Source: Candidatus Latescibacterota bacterium
Lineage (GTDB): Bacteria > Latescibacterota > UBA2968
NCBI GenBank assembly: GCA_965116885.1
Contig: OZ220741.1
Span: 3,584,001 to 3,648,000 of the forward strand
DNA length: 64,000 bases
Reading direction: 5' to 3'
The notes under the pieces are model-generated. The model saw only the letters and a list, made by a program, of their open reading frames with translations, made no database searches and had not been told where the DNA came from. Position 1 is the stretch's first letter. Every line of letters starts with the position of its first letter. Below are positions 19,880 through 30,107 of the stretch, one piece after another. The position numbers and the translations under genes are program-made.

Positions 19880-22120
19880 TCAGAGATGCCCGTCAGACTC
19901 CAGGATACGCTCTTCCACTCTGAGAGGGGTCGGCCGGAGTCCAAAATCTCTCCACCCCCAGTCCACATGGATTTTGGGCATGTCGAATTCAAAATACCAG
20001 CGAATACTGATGGGATCTCGATCGATACCAAAATATCCGAGGAAAAGCGCACATTTTCCGGTGACCTCCTCGATTACGTCGAAAGGTGTCAGATCGTGAA
20101 ACGCATCGATATCTTCTTCCACCTCCAGGTAACGGTGCAGATCGGCTTCGTAAGACTCCGCCTGGTTGGGCCTGAGGTTCGTGAGATCAAGAGGCTCGTG
20201 CGCGTTCCACCTCGGCAGGTCATCTTGCTCAGATCCATCCGGACAGAAGGTCCAGATTGGCGTGGACCATGCATATTCACCGTCGATTTGGCGGAGACGA
20301 ACGTAATAGGCTCCCTCTCGCAGCGGAATTTCGTCGGTGCAGGTCAGATCTATATCGAGTGCATCGGGATGCCACGAGTGAAGACAACGGTCATTCCGAA
20401 TCAAGTCTATTCGCTGCACGGGGGCACAGGCGTGCGCGCAAATGGTGATCTCAGCAGGAGCCGCGATTTTGGCCTCGCTGCCCGCAGTGTGTCCGTTGAC
20501 ATCTACGGTCAGGATGATGCGCGCCCCAGTGGTGGCAAAGGTGCGCCGATCCCGAATCGCTTTCCAGATTTCGTTACGCTCGCAGCGCGCTGCCCAAACG
20601 GCGGCGATCGGTCCGTTCCCATACCCGGTGTCTCGGAAGTTCAAACCAATATTGTGCCACCTCCCGAAGTAGTCTTTGGCGGCGATTGGAGCGCCCATCG
20701 TAGCAAGGTGGGTGTCCCCCGATCCGATAACGGCTGGGCGAAAGCCACAGCGCAGGGCCCACTGGAGCACCCATTCAAAGCAGCCATGCCCGCTGGCGAC
20801 CTCAAGAAGCGGCTCGTGACTGGGACGATAATCGTGCCATTGAGGGGGACCACCCCCGATGTGGGCTTCAAGGATTACATCCTCTCGATCTCCAAACTCG
20901 GCCATCACTTCGTCCATGGTGCAGAAGGTAGGGGGGTAGGTTTCAGTCCATTCACGGTAGATCACGTTCCGATCTCCTCCAGGTCTCGGGTGAACCTCTG
21001 AAGCTAGAAAAGGAACGTAAGTCCCCGGCTCATCGTTGTTCCGATAGGCTTGCTGATAGGCACGCCACAGCTCTGGTCGGTCCTCCTGGATTGGCGGAAC
21101 GGCTGGTCCCGGCGCCCCAAAGTCCAGCCGGCCGACTCTCCGCAACTGTTTGTGTCTCCGCTCAGGATGAATCTTGAAGGTGGGATCGTCCAGTAGCGAC
21201 ATGCTAATGTCGCCCCATCCGTGACAATGGAGATCTCCCCAGAGGAGACGGCGGTCGTGCTGTTCCTTGCAGAGGATGGGATTGCTCACTGCCCTTAGAC
21301 CGTGGCGTTCGTCTTCCGCGATCAGACGGATAAGGCCGGGTTCTAATATGCGAATGTCTTCCAGAATCACGAGTCCGCTATCACTGGAGCCCAACGAGAT
21401 GGATTTGGGCAAACCCTCAACCGCTGAAATCGGACCAGAGAAGGCCACTCGAGCCTCAAATTGCTCGCAGATATTGTGGCTTGCATCGAAGGCCATCAGA
21501 TGCAGTGCAAAGGCCTCATCGGGCGTAACGATCGACGGGCCCAGAAGCCGAAGCAGCGTCGGCACAGGATTGGATGTGATGTGAATCCTACAAGGGTTGC
21601 AGGCCAGTTCCCGATAGACGCCATCTCCTGTCCGATCCACGGCGCCGGTAATCCGACCCAGAGTCGTTCCGTCATAAACGGCGCTCCCCGCGCCTCCATA
21701 GCTCGAATCGCCAATCTGAATGGTGAAGGAATCACCGGCCTTCATCTCACCCTCATCGACCAGCACCAGGGCGAATCCCGGACGATGGGACTGCTTTTCT
21801 GAATTGACGATCAGGCGTAAGACCGCATCACATTGGGTTTTTAGAGTGACGAAATCACGTCCCTTTGGGTTGTAGTCCTGAATTCGATGCGAAAACAGAA
21901 ACGAGTGCCGCTGAAAAAGAAAACCGCCGCCGGCAGTTATGGTTTCTGATGCGGTGGCAGTAATTTTCCACATCCCCAACTTGCCTGCGGGCAATTCCAG
22001 ATCGTACCCACAGCTACGTGAGCCGTCACTTCCGTGAAATTCGACCTCGAACGCATCAGGCTCGTTACCCGACACAGGTTGGACTGTGATGCTGACGCGC
22101 TGCACTCGTGATTTCGGCAT
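19880..22120 (-). CDS. DUF3604-like PHP-fold metallohydrolase (paralog of 14900..17086)
   Basis: WGDLHCH, GGDRNV, EVASGHG, GSGDTH, RRTFATTGARI; colinear with the paralog. Confidence 0.8.
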   Translation of the reverse strand: MPKSRVQRVSITVQPVSGNEPDAFEVEFHGSDGSRSCGYDLELPAGKLGMWKITATASETITAGGGFLFQRHSFLFSHRIQDYNPKGRDFVTLKTQCDAVLRLIVNSEKQSHRPGFALVLVDEGEMKAGDSFTIQIGDSSYGGAGSAVYDGTTLGRITGAVDRTGDGVYRELACNPCRIHITSNPVPTLLRLLGPSIVTPDEAFALHLMAFDASHNICEQFEARVAFSGPISAVEGLPKSISLGSSDSGLVILEDIRILEPGLIRLIAEDERHGLRAVSNPILCKEQHDRRLLWGDLHCHGWGDISMSLLDDPTFKIHPERRHKQLRRVGRLDFGAPGPAVPPIQEDRPELWRAYQQAYRNNDEPGTYVPFLASEVHPRPGGDRNVIYREWTETYPPTFCTMDEVMAEFGDREDVILEAHIGGGPPQWHDYRPSHEPLLEVASGHGCFEWVLQWALRCGFRPAVIGSGDTHLATMGAPIAAKDYFGRWHNIGLNFRDTGYGNGPIAAVWAARCERNEIWKAIRDRRTFATTGARIILTVDVNGHTAGSEAKIAAPAEITICAHACAPVQRIDLIRNDRCLHSWHPDALDIDLTCTDEIPLREGAYYVRLRQIDGEYAWSTPIWTFCPDGSEQDDLPRWNAHEPLDLTNLRPNQAESYEADLHRYLEVEEDIDAFHDLTPFDVIEEVTGKCALFLGYFGIDRDPISIRWYFEFDMPKIHVDWGWRDFGLRPTPLRVEERILESDGHL

Positions 22121-22209
22121 GGGTTCTCCTCAACAGCCGTTCGACGAATCACGGTGCCAGAACAAGTTCATGTTCAAGATTCGGTGGATGGGATTCATTT
22201 GCAATGTGA

Positions 22210-23238
22210 TCAGAGACCACCGTTCCTCCATTTGTCCAGGACATCACTGGCGACTTTCATATTGAACTGGTGTCCGCCATCAAATTGGTCGACAAACAAC
22301 TGATCCGAAGCGCCGGCTGCCCCATATGCCTTCCGCACTCTGACCAGGGCTCTTTCCGCCCATTCGTGTGGCGCCAGTCGATCCTCCAACCCCCATTCAA
22401 TCACCATAGGGCGGGGGGCGATGAGAGAGAAGATCTCCGGCGTATCCCCATACTGGAGAAGTCCCGGGATGAGTTGTGCGCCGCACTTTTTCAAAGCCTG
22501 ATAACGTTCCTGATACATGCTCAGACAACCCGAGGGTACGGCAATCTTGACCCGTGAATCAAAAGCAGAGATCATCATGGTCATTCGACCTCCGAGCGAA
22601 ATCCCTGCACAGCCAAGCATCTCACTGTCGATATAATCAAGGGACTGAAGCACATCGAGTGCCGCCTGTAGATCGCACAGATGTAGTGCCACAACGGTTG
22701 TGCCCATCAGCGTTGCACAAAGGTAGTTGCGCATGCAATAGTCAACCCGGGGATTTGGATAATTGGGCCGTCGTTCGCCAAACCCGCGTAGATCGGGCAT
22801 CAGGGTGACGTAGCCCTGCTGTGCGAATTTCTGGCCGAAGTTGTATCCCTTCGTAACAATTTCTTCTTTCCGCTCGGGTGAATTGTCGATCCCCGCCACA
22901 CCATCTTTCCCAAACTGGCTGTGCCCGTGCAGACAAAGGAGACCCGGAACCCGATTCTGTACCTCCTTGGGAACGAGCAAATAAGCCGGTACGAACACGT
23001 CCATCTCCGTCTGGTAGCGAATGAGATGGCGTACGTGGTCCCCACAATCCGTTTCAGTCAGGAATTCCAGAGAAAGGTCCGACCGTTCCGGGCGAAGGCC
23101 CAACAGTTCCACTACTGTTGATCGAAATCGATCCTGCCACCTCTCCAGTTCATCGACCGTTGAGCCATCGAATAGCATTGATGGCTCAAACTGATCCAGC
23201 AGTTGCGAAAGGTCATCTTCGAAGATGATGGGTCTCAT
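22210..23238 (-). CDS. Dienelactone hydrolase-like alpha/beta hydrolase
   Basis: CLHGH, PDLRGFGER, GISLGG, IAPRP, GGH. Confidence 0.82.
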   Translation of the reverse strand: MRPIIFEDDLSQLLDQFEPSMLFDGSTVDELERWQDRFRSTVVELLGLRPERSDLSLEFLTETDCGDHVRHLIRYQTEMDVFVPAYLLVPKEVQNRVPGLLCLHGHSQFGKDGVAGIDNSPERKEEIVTKGYNFGQKFAQQGYVTLMPDLRGFGERRPNYPNPRVDYCMRNYLCATLMGTTVVALHLCDLQAALDVLQSLDYIDSEMLGCAGISLGGRMTMMISAFDSRVKIAVPSGCLSMYQERYQALKKCGAQLIPGLLQYGDTPEIFSLIAPRPMVIEWGLEDRLAPHEWAERALVRVRKAYGAAGASDQLFVDQFDGGHQFNMKVASDVLDKWRNGGL

Positions 23239-23345
23239 TGTCCAGTCTCGGTCAGGATTGACTGCAGGTCAGTATAAAATTTAATCCAGCAAAGCACAAG
23301 CGAATCCAAATCTCTTTGGAATTCCCGGGATTCTTTGGTTGCGGG

Positions 23346-24380
23346 CTATTCAAACCAATGAGGGGATTGCGGGCGCTTCGTGCGAATCGAATCCAGTGCT
23401 GCCTCACAGATAGAAACTATGCGCGCACCCCATCGAGCCGGGATCGGATTACTGATTTTGCCGTCGAGCAGATTCAGATAATCGACCACAGAGCGTCCCC
23501 ATCCGTGTCCTCCAATCACCTCGTGAGCAGATGATTCTTCGATTGGAACTGGCTCATGGCCGCGGCGGAAGAGCTGGCCTTTCCACAACGTGCCCTCGGT
23601 GCCATATACGGCCAGAAAGCCACCGCCCATTCCCTCGCCCATGCCATGTCCGGAGCAGCCGCTTGTCACAAAGACTTTGCCAGTGACGCCATTTTCAAAT
23701 TGAAGGATCACAATATAACAGTCATCATCTGGAAACACCGGGATGCTGAGCTTATTGCTATAGGCATAGACCTCCGCAACCGGGGATTCGACCGTCCACA
23801 AAATCAGATCAAGAGGGTGACAGCCGCCGCCCAGCAGGATATTCTGGGGATTTTGCCGATCAATGCGCCAGGGTGTGTGACTTTTGCCTTCGGGTGAATA
23901 ATGATTCCACATGTCGTGGATGTAATCGCCCTGGACAAAGAAAACATCGCCGATCTCACCGGATTGGGCCATCAGTGCCATTTCGTGCCAGGGATGCATA
24001 TAGCGCATGGTTTGGTCGGTCATGACGTGCCGACCACTCTTTGCCTCTGCGTCGAGGATGCGTTGGGCATCTGCCACTGTGGTGGCAAGCGGTTTTTCCA
24101 CCAGGACGTGGCAGCCCTGCTCCAATGCCATGACAGTCTGGCCCGCGTGCAAGTGATCCGGTCCTGCCACGACCACAACATCGGGCTGCGTTTCTCGCAA
24201 GAGTCGAGCGTACTCGTGGGCAGTCGAGGCATCCGGATATTGCTCATGCATCATGTCCAACTGTGCCTGCTGTGGATCGACGAGCCCCACAATTTCTCCA
24301 CGTCCATCAGCGGCGACTACCTGAGCCACGTTACGGCCAGCGCTTCCACAGCCGCTAATCAAGAATTTGTAACGTTTCAT
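23346..24380 (-). CDS. Gfo/Idh/MocA NAD(P)-dependent oxidoreductase
   Basis: GCGSAG, PDHLH, HVLVEKP, GGGCHPLD. Confidence 0.92.
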   Translation of the reverse strand: MKRYKFLISGCGSAGRNVAQVVAADGRGEIVGLVDPQQAQLDMMHEQYPDASTAHEYARLLRETQPDVVVVAGPDHLHAGQTVMALEQGCHVLVEKPLATTVADAQRILDAEAKSGRHVMTDQTMRYMHPWHEMALMAQSGEIGDVFFVQGDYIHDMWNHYSPEGKSHTPWRIDRQNPQNILLGGGCHPLDLILWTVESPVAEVYAYSNKLSIPVFPDDDCYIVILQFENGVTGKVFVTSGCSGHGMGEGMGGGFLAVYGTEGTLWKGQLFRRGHEPVPIEESSAHEVIGGHGWGRSVVDYLNLLDGKISNPIPARWGARIVSICEAALDSIRTKRPQSPHWFE

Positions 24381-24411
24381 GGCAAATATCTCAAATACTC
24401 AATGTACGATT

Positions 24412-25905
24412 TCAGGTGCTGTGTCGTTCGTTGGTTGCCGTCCCCAACTCAAAGGCGTACAGGGTGGCCCGGTTCATCTCGAAGCGGACGTTGACCTTCT
24501 TGCCGGCAAGCGGCGAGAGATCCGGGCTCCCTTTCCACTTCAACGACTGCCGGAATTGATCACCCGAGACCCGTTCGCATTCGTCGAACGAATAGCCGGG
24601 AAGCGGGTCGGCTGGCTCGGGCGGATGCGGAATGTTCTCATAGAGGGCGGCTCGAATCCATCCGCCCCGGTCGGCCGTATAGTTTAGTACAAGCTCTCCG
24701 CCGCTTATCTTCCGACTCTCCAGGGTAAATGCCCCGCGATTATCCGCTCGTATGCCCCCGAGCCGGTGCTCCGGCCACATCGCCAGCCGAAACCGACCGG
24801 CTGTATTGACGTCCCGGTAGTACACTTCGTGATGTCGAGCCGTTCTGCCGCTGTATGGCAGCGCAAAGCGCCCGTCCGGCAGTACGACCAGTCCCGGTCC
24901 TCCATATACGCCACCTTCGTCGCCGCTTCCGTTTTCTCCGCGCGGAATGATCGGCTCCCGCGATGGCCTCGACCAGTTGACGCCGTTGCTGCTGACCGCC
25001 AGTTGCATCTCTACGCTGCAGTCAACCTGGTGGAAGACAGCGGGAAACATCAGGTGCAGGTCAGTTCCGGGATAACGGCAATAGGCGTTGGTATAGAGCG
25101 AGTCGCTCGGTCCATCCAGCGCATCTGCAGCGAGTATCGGTTTTGGTACCGGCCACTTCGAAAAGTTTTCGGTCTCTGACATCCCCACCGCTCTGCGCCC
25201 GTCGATTTTAGTCCTGAAATACCCGACGTACCGGTTCTTTTTACCATCGAAATACGCCACGGTCTGCGAGTCGCAAAACGCTTTAAAAACCGGTTCATCG
25301 AGTACCGTCCACTGTATCCCGTCCACAGACGTCATCGCACGGTGTGTACCCACCAGCCGCACCTTCTTCCGCACCTCGTCACGGTTGTAGCCCTGTTCGC
25401 CCAGTTCCTTCCATTTCGCAAGACCTTCTTTATTGGAAATCTCATTGCCCGCTTCGTCGTACCACCGCGGGCTATGGCCGAGCTTCTTGTAGCGGTCGCC
25501 TCCTGCGGGGTTCTCGTCGATGAATACCGAACCTCGAAGGGCATGAGGGCCGACCAGACAGATATTGTTCTTCGTCGAGCCTTCAAACTCATATAGCCCG
25601 AGTTCCGGTTTGTTCCAGCGAAAACCGTCTTCGCTTTCGGCATAACACATGAACTGTGAAGTAGGGGGGGCACCACTGCGCGCTCCGTACCACATTCGGT
25701 ACTTGCCGGCATCCTGCCTCACCGTCACGTGACTGATCTGCTGTCTCTCCCACGGCCGGTCGGGGATCACCACGACCTCTGACTTCTCAGCAGGTGTAAG
25801 CACCAGGCGAATCCCTTCGGGTGCGTGAAACGGATATGCATTTCCCGCCTCGTCGTACCGCGAGGCGCCGGCGAATACGCGCGAATAACTCAATAATGGT
25901 TCCAT
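24412..25905 (-). CDS. Putative five-bladed beta-propeller glycoside hydrolase-like protein
   Basis: PDRPWE, YRMWY, CYAESEDGFRWNKPELG, SVDGIQW, DSQ, SSNGVNW; start re-set to MEPLL with GGAGG RBS. Confidence 0.65.
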   Translation of the reverse strand: MEPLLSYSRVFAGASRYDEAGNAYPFHAPEGIRLVLTPAEKSEVVVIPDRPWERQQISHVTVRQDAGKYRMWYGARSGAPPTSQFMCYAESEDGFRWNKPELGLYEFEGSTKNNICLVGPHALRGSVFIDENPAGGDRYKKLGHSPRWYDEAGNEISNKEGLAKWKELGEQGYNRDEVRKKVRLVGTHRAMTSVDGIQWTVLDEPVFKAFCDSQTVAYFDGKKNRYVGYFRTKIDGRRAVGMSETENFSKWPVPKPILAADALDGPSDSLYTNAYCRYPGTDLHLMFPAVFHQVDCSVEMQLAVSSNGVNWSRPSREPIIPRGENGSGDEGGVYGGPGLVVLPDGRFALPYSGRTARHHEVYYRDVNTAGRFRLAMWPEHRLGGIRADNRGAFTLESRKISGGELVLNYTADRGGWIRAALYENIPHPPEPADPLPGYSFDECERVSGDQFRQSLKWKGSPDLSPLAGKKVNVRFEMNRATLYAFELGTATNERHST

Positions 25906-25939
25906 GTGCCCTCCAGTGTCTCTGAACCCCAAACGTCCA

Positions 25940-26725
25940 CTATCTTCTTTTTGCACTAATTTCAGCGATGGTGTCGCCGGTTATTTTGACGGTGTGGGTA
26001 TCTACTCGCTCAACGTCCTCACGAGCAGCTCTGGCCTCGGCACTGGTAGCAGACTGATATTCGGTCGCGAAAATATACGGAGATGGGATTGTATAAGGTG
26101 GGATTTCTCCGATTCGCCCCATGGCCTTGCGAGCGCGTTCTCGGAGCAGATCCCGAGCTTTGGTGGGGGAGAGGGTGAGTGCAGCTGTGCGGCTGAGCCC
26201 CTCTTTCACGACAACGCCTTCTATGTCGGGAACATAACGTCGAGCCTCATCTACAGCAGCCCGATCCCCGCTGATGAAAACCGTAGGCACGCCAACCTCA
26301 CCGGCATGGGCTATGTTGAAACCAATTTCGCCGATCAGTTCATCGTTCAACCAGCAGTTGGCAATGCTTCGAGAACTCCAACTGTGACACAGCACGCCAT
26401 CAGGTGTATTTTCCATCGCGTGATGGCCATACAAAAACTGCGCCTCAAATGTCAATCCCATCTCCCACGCAGAGCCTCTGGGGCGGCCGAATATCACCCG
26501 GGCTTCGCGGTGGATATGTTCGATATTGATTCCACCACTGCCGTGTCCGTCCAGCACGATAGGGTCAGTGGCGCCTCCATCCATAGCACCGTCTATGAGG
26601 GCGTTGATCTCCAGAGTGGCCAGATATTTGGCCTGTTCGTTGTCGCGCCCTCCGTCGTATGTCTGAGTTTTGAAATCTACGACGCCAGCAGTGCCTTCCA
26701 AATCGCACAAGATAAGAATTCTCAT
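25940..26725 (-). CDS. M55 family metallopeptidase (DppA-like D-aminopeptidase)
   Basis: CDLEG, DGHG, GHHA, LCHSW, IGEIG, ISGD, VVVKEG. Confidence 0.9.
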   Translation of the reverse strand: MRILILCDLEGTAGVVDFKTQTYDGGRDNEQAKYLATLEINALIDGAMDGGATDPIVLDGHGSGGINIEHIHREARVIFGRPRGSAWEMGLTFEAQFLYGHHAMENTPDGVLCHSWSSRSIANCWLNDELIGEIGFNIAHAGEVGVPTVFISGDRAAVDEARRYVPDIEGVVVKEGLSRTAALTLSPTKARDLLRERARKAMGRIGEIPPYTIPSPYIFATEYQSATSAEARAAREDVERVDTHTVKITGDTIAEISAKRR

Positions 26726-26852
26726 GGAAAGTCTCCTGATGAAATTGACGATGTTTCAAGTTGTCAAAATACATGATTGTGGGGCGCTCCTGCAAGAAGA
26801 GATGCGCCCGCCCCTCTTCCGAAAGATGCTTTGCCCAATTGCGTTTGACTTC

Positions 26853-27317
26853 GGCCTGGCGAGTTCGTATTCGCCGCCGAGGCTGCGGCGGATTCCGAGC
26901 ACGGGCGACTTGCTGTGTGTGTGGAACCAGGTGTCGCGGGATGAGATCAAACGGGGTTATCGGCGGGGACGACTGTCGGCGGCGATTTCCAGGGATAGTG
27001 GCGCGAGTTGGGAGCGGTTCAAGACAATCGAGGTGAGCGAGGGGATGGAGGACGTGGAGCGAGTGGTGCCACAGGAGCCGATTACGCCAGTGATCGGGTT
27101 GCCCGAAGTAGGCACGCTGCCGGAGGGCTTCGCCACCTTCGACTATCCCAATGTGTGGTTTACAGGCGATAAGGTGTACCTGACATACCACCGGAGCTGG
27201 GTCGAAGTAGATGAGGACGCCGGAGAAGCGGTGACACTGGGGGAACGAAAAGGGAAGGCGAGAAAGCCGCGCGAGATGGTGCTGCGCATTTATCCACTGG
27301 CGGAATTTTACCGCTGA
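26853..27317 (+). pseudogene. C-terminal fragment of a sialidase/BNR-repeat protein
   Basis: Recognisable protein begins abruptly at GLASSYSPPRLRRIPSTGDLLCVWN; one Asp-box (SRDSGASW) and DYP; no credible N-terminus. Confidence 0.7.
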
Positions 27318-27325
27318 AATGTCGT

Positions 27326-28564
27326 TTATTCTATTTCTGTATAGTCGGAGGTGAGGGTTAAATCACCCGACTTCACATTCATAAAGCAGGCGGTTGTCCC
27401 CTCGGGCTGCGTGGCGGTTACTACCCACTGCTCGGCCATCCTTTCCAGCTTTGCAGGTGATTCGATCCACTTCCTTTTGCCGGTTATCCCGGTATCAGCC
27501 GTTGATATCAGAAAGGCCTCATCCAATGGCCTTGATGATTCAAAAATTACTGTGAACTGTCGGCCCTCAGTCCTGGATGAAATTTGCCTGGCCCAGGGTT
27601 TGCCCTCTTTGACAACGCTGTCTGCGAAGGCATAGCTGTCCGGAGGTTTCCAGCCGGCCTGGTGCCCGTGTCTCATGCCGGGGATCAGACATACCATGTA
27701 GGGGCCGGATACCGTGCGATAGCAGGAGGCTTGTTTGTCTAATGGAAAGTGCTGGTCTCCCGGCCAGGAGAGCCACAGGGTCGGGGTTTTTACTTTTTTT
27801 AAGCGTAGCACAGGATCCCAGACCTGCTTGTAAAGGTCATTATTTCCAAGCGCCCTGCCGTATTGATTGGCCGCCTGGGACAGGTTCCCGCATCCGTACG
27901 TGGGAATGGCAAAAGCAAAGCGGTCGTCGATACCGATAACCGTGCTTGCAATAATGCCTCCCCAGGAGATACCCATCAGGCCGACTTTCGTACTATCTAC
28001 CTGTGGCAAGGAACGAAGGAGCGAGTTCGCGAGGATTGCATCGGCAACGGCGTGATACATCCATTGTTCTTCAATCGGTTTGTCGGAGTCACCGTAAATA
28101 CCTGTGCGGGCGGGTCCTGACCATGGGTGTTTTTTCCACCTGTTGCGCCTATTGTCGCCGGGTTTCCCTATCTCCCGTTCATCTATCTGCCCTTCCACTG
28201 CGATACTGATTGCCGCGTATCCGTGAGCATTCCACTTTTCAACCCACTCCTTAAAGGCGGTTCCGCCACCGCCATGGATTAACACGATTCCCGGGACCTT
28301 GTGGCTCGACGATGCACCCTCAGGGATACCGACCCAGGCATAGACGCGGGTTGGTTTTTCCGCGTACATAAGCGCATCAAAGTAGATCGTCTTCAATTCA
28401 CCAGCACCAATACTGACGATTTGTTCCTTTTCATTGCGGACAACAGGCGCATTTGTCAACTCTGCCAGTGCGCGTATTTTCAATTCCTCTGTGCGGTAAT
28501 CAGCCTGCACGCTCAAAGTCCTCAACATTGCTGTTAGAATAATCGTCCAGTTAATCATTCTCAT
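27326..28564 (-). CDS. Secreted alpha/beta hydrolase (acetylxylan-esterase-like)
   Basis: Signal peptide, LIHGGGGTAF, GISWGG, HGH. Confidence 0.8.
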   Translation of the reverse strand: MRMINWTIILTAMLRTLSVQADYRTEELKIRALAELTNAPVVRNEKEQIVSIGAGELKTIYFDALMYAEKPTRVYAWVGIPEGASSSHKVPGIVLIHGGGGTAFKEWVEKWNAHGYAAISIAVEGQIDEREIGKPGDNRRNRWKKHPWSGPARTGIYGDSDKPIEEQWMYHAVADAILANSLLRSLPQVDSTKVGLMGISWGGIIASTVIGIDDRFAFAIPTYGCGNLSQAANQYGRALGNNDLYKQVWDPVLRLKKVKTPTLWLSWPGDQHFPLDKQASCYRTVSGPYMVCLIPGMRHGHQAGWKPPDSYAFADSVVKEGKPWARQISSRTEGRQFTVIFESSRPLDEAFLISTADTGITGKRKWIESPAKLERMAEQWVVTATQPEGTTACFMNVKSGDLTLTSDYTEIE

Positions 28565-28599
28565 TGTATTACTTCTGTTCTCCAAAGGTCTTGATCGCC

Positions 28600-30060
28600 C
28601 TATCTCCTGAAGGGCTTCCGCCTCATCGAAGAATAGACGTCTTCCAAAGTTCCGGCCTTTTTATGCCATGCCAATGCCTGTTCATTGGCGTCTTTGACAT
28701 ACTTGAGCGCCTCGGTAATGGGTTTCCCCATAGGATCGAAATACCCGGTCTGAGACTTACCCGTAGCGTCATGCGTTCCAGCCCAGGTTTCGATATACCC
28801 ACACGCTTGCCAGCCCAGCATAAAGGGCAGGTTCATGATGCCCTTTAGGTACACGGCGTACTGCTTGCCCTTATCTTCGATTGTGGGGACTTCCACCCCC
28901 TTCACCCTATCCATCTGGGGGCGCAGGAATCCATAGGCGTGATCGCCGTTGATGATGGGCTTTCCAGTCTTTTCATAAATTCTCCGCAGTTTTTGTTCGT
29001 GAGCCGGAGTATAGAAATCGTAATCCTGGATCAGCACCACATCTACGTAATTCTTCACAATATCCCACACCCAATCGGGTTGGGGCCTCGCATTTTGTAT
29101 TTTATCGCCAAAAATCAAATGATTGGGGTCGTGTTTCCTGATGGCATCGTGGTGAGCCTTGAGATAAGCGTCAACGATTTTTGCATTCATAAGTGCCTGA
29201 TCGGTAAACCCCCTTTTGGGATCCCCAGGCATACCATACGCGCTTATTTCGAAAAAATCCTCCCACGTATTCACATTTAATCCGTACATTTTCCCAGCCT
29301 CAGCAACGGAAGAGTACTGACCTTGTAATACACCAATCCAAACTCTTTTGCCCGGTGTCTTGCCGGGGCGAGACAAGATGTCCATGATCCAGGGATGGTG
29401 CTCAAAGCTTCTAATTGGCTTTCCCAAATTGTAAATTGTGTAAGCGGGTAGGTCTTCGTAACTGTATCCTAACAGGTACTTTGAGTCCCTGTGCTTTGAA
29501 GTGTAAGCTTTGACAAAATGGTCGAGTTTTTGTTTCCAGGCAGGATCAAATACGTCGGGGAAGCGCTTGTCGGCTGACCACTGTTTGACCCGCTTGGGGT
29601 GAACATGGCTCATTCTCAGCTTGCCAAAATAATACAACTTCAATTCGTTGCAATAATCTGTGGGCATTACGTGTGGATGATGAAAGGATAGGGTATTGAA
29701 ACCGTAATCTTTATGATCCTTAGCTATAATCTTCAGCCAGGTCCTGGCTCCTTCGGACTTAAAATCGACTCTTTTCCCCTTCATGATCCCGCCGCCGATT
29801 TTCCCGATCCAGTGTTCTTTGTTGTAACTGGCAAATCTGTGCAGGGGTCCCACGTGATTCATTCCAAGAGGAATAAAGGGTTCGCCATCACCGTTCACCA
29901 TGGTCCAGATGCCGCCTACCTCTTCCAGGTGGACAAAGTCTTTGTTCCCAATGATTCTGGCTTCGTCTTCCTTGTCAATCTGAGCAAACGAATGACTAAA
30001 CGCGACTGTACAAAACAAGAAGAGCGTTGTTGATCTGAATAGAGCTTGTGAAAGTATCAT
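28600..30060 (-). CDS. Secreted GH50 (beta-agarase)-like glycoside hydrolase
   Basis: Signal peptide; GEPFIPLGMNHV, FPDVFDP, AIRKHDPNHLIFG, GKPII, MLGW; AAGGAG RBS. Confidence 0.6.
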   Translation of the reverse strand: MILSQALFRSTTLFLFCTVAFSHSFAQIDKEDEARIIGNKDFVHLEEVGGIWTMVNGDGEPFIPLGMNHVGPLHRFASYNKEHWIGKIGGGIMKGKRVDFKSEGARTWLKIIAKDHKDYGFNTLSFHHPHVMPTDYCNELKLYYFGKLRMSHVHPKRVKQWSADKRFPDVFDPAWKQKLDHFVKAYTSKHRDSKYLLGYSYEDLPAYTIYNLGKPIRSFEHHPWIMDILSRPGKTPGKRVWIGVLQGQYSSVAEAGKMYGLNVNTWEDFFEISAYGMPGDPKRGFTDQALMNAKIVDAYLKAHHDAIRKHDPNHLIFGDKIQNARPQPDWVWDIVKNYVDVVLIQDYDFYTPAHEQKLRRIYEKTGKPIINGDHAYGFLRPQMDRVKGVEVPTIEDKGKQYAVYLKGIMNLPFMLGWQACGYIETWAGTHDATGKSQTGYFDPMGKPITEALKYVKDANEQALAWHKKAGTLEDVYSSMRRKPFRR

Positions 30061-30107
30061 AACTGTCTCCTTTGGACTTGTTAGAAGCATTGGCGGCTCG
30101 ACGCCTT

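Noticed and set aside
19709..21001. 430-aa plus-strand ORF (similarly 15548..16417 and 9332..10342)
   Set aside because: Antisense to well-supported genes; typical stop-poor reverse frames.
23258..23280. TTGACT...TATAAA promoter-like pair
   Set aside because: The spacer is only 9 bp.
26670..26852. N-terminal part of the 215-aa ORF as a real protein start
   Set aside because: It overlaps the start and upstream region of the M55 peptidase gene on the other strand and does not look like protein; only the part from 26853 resembles a sialidase.
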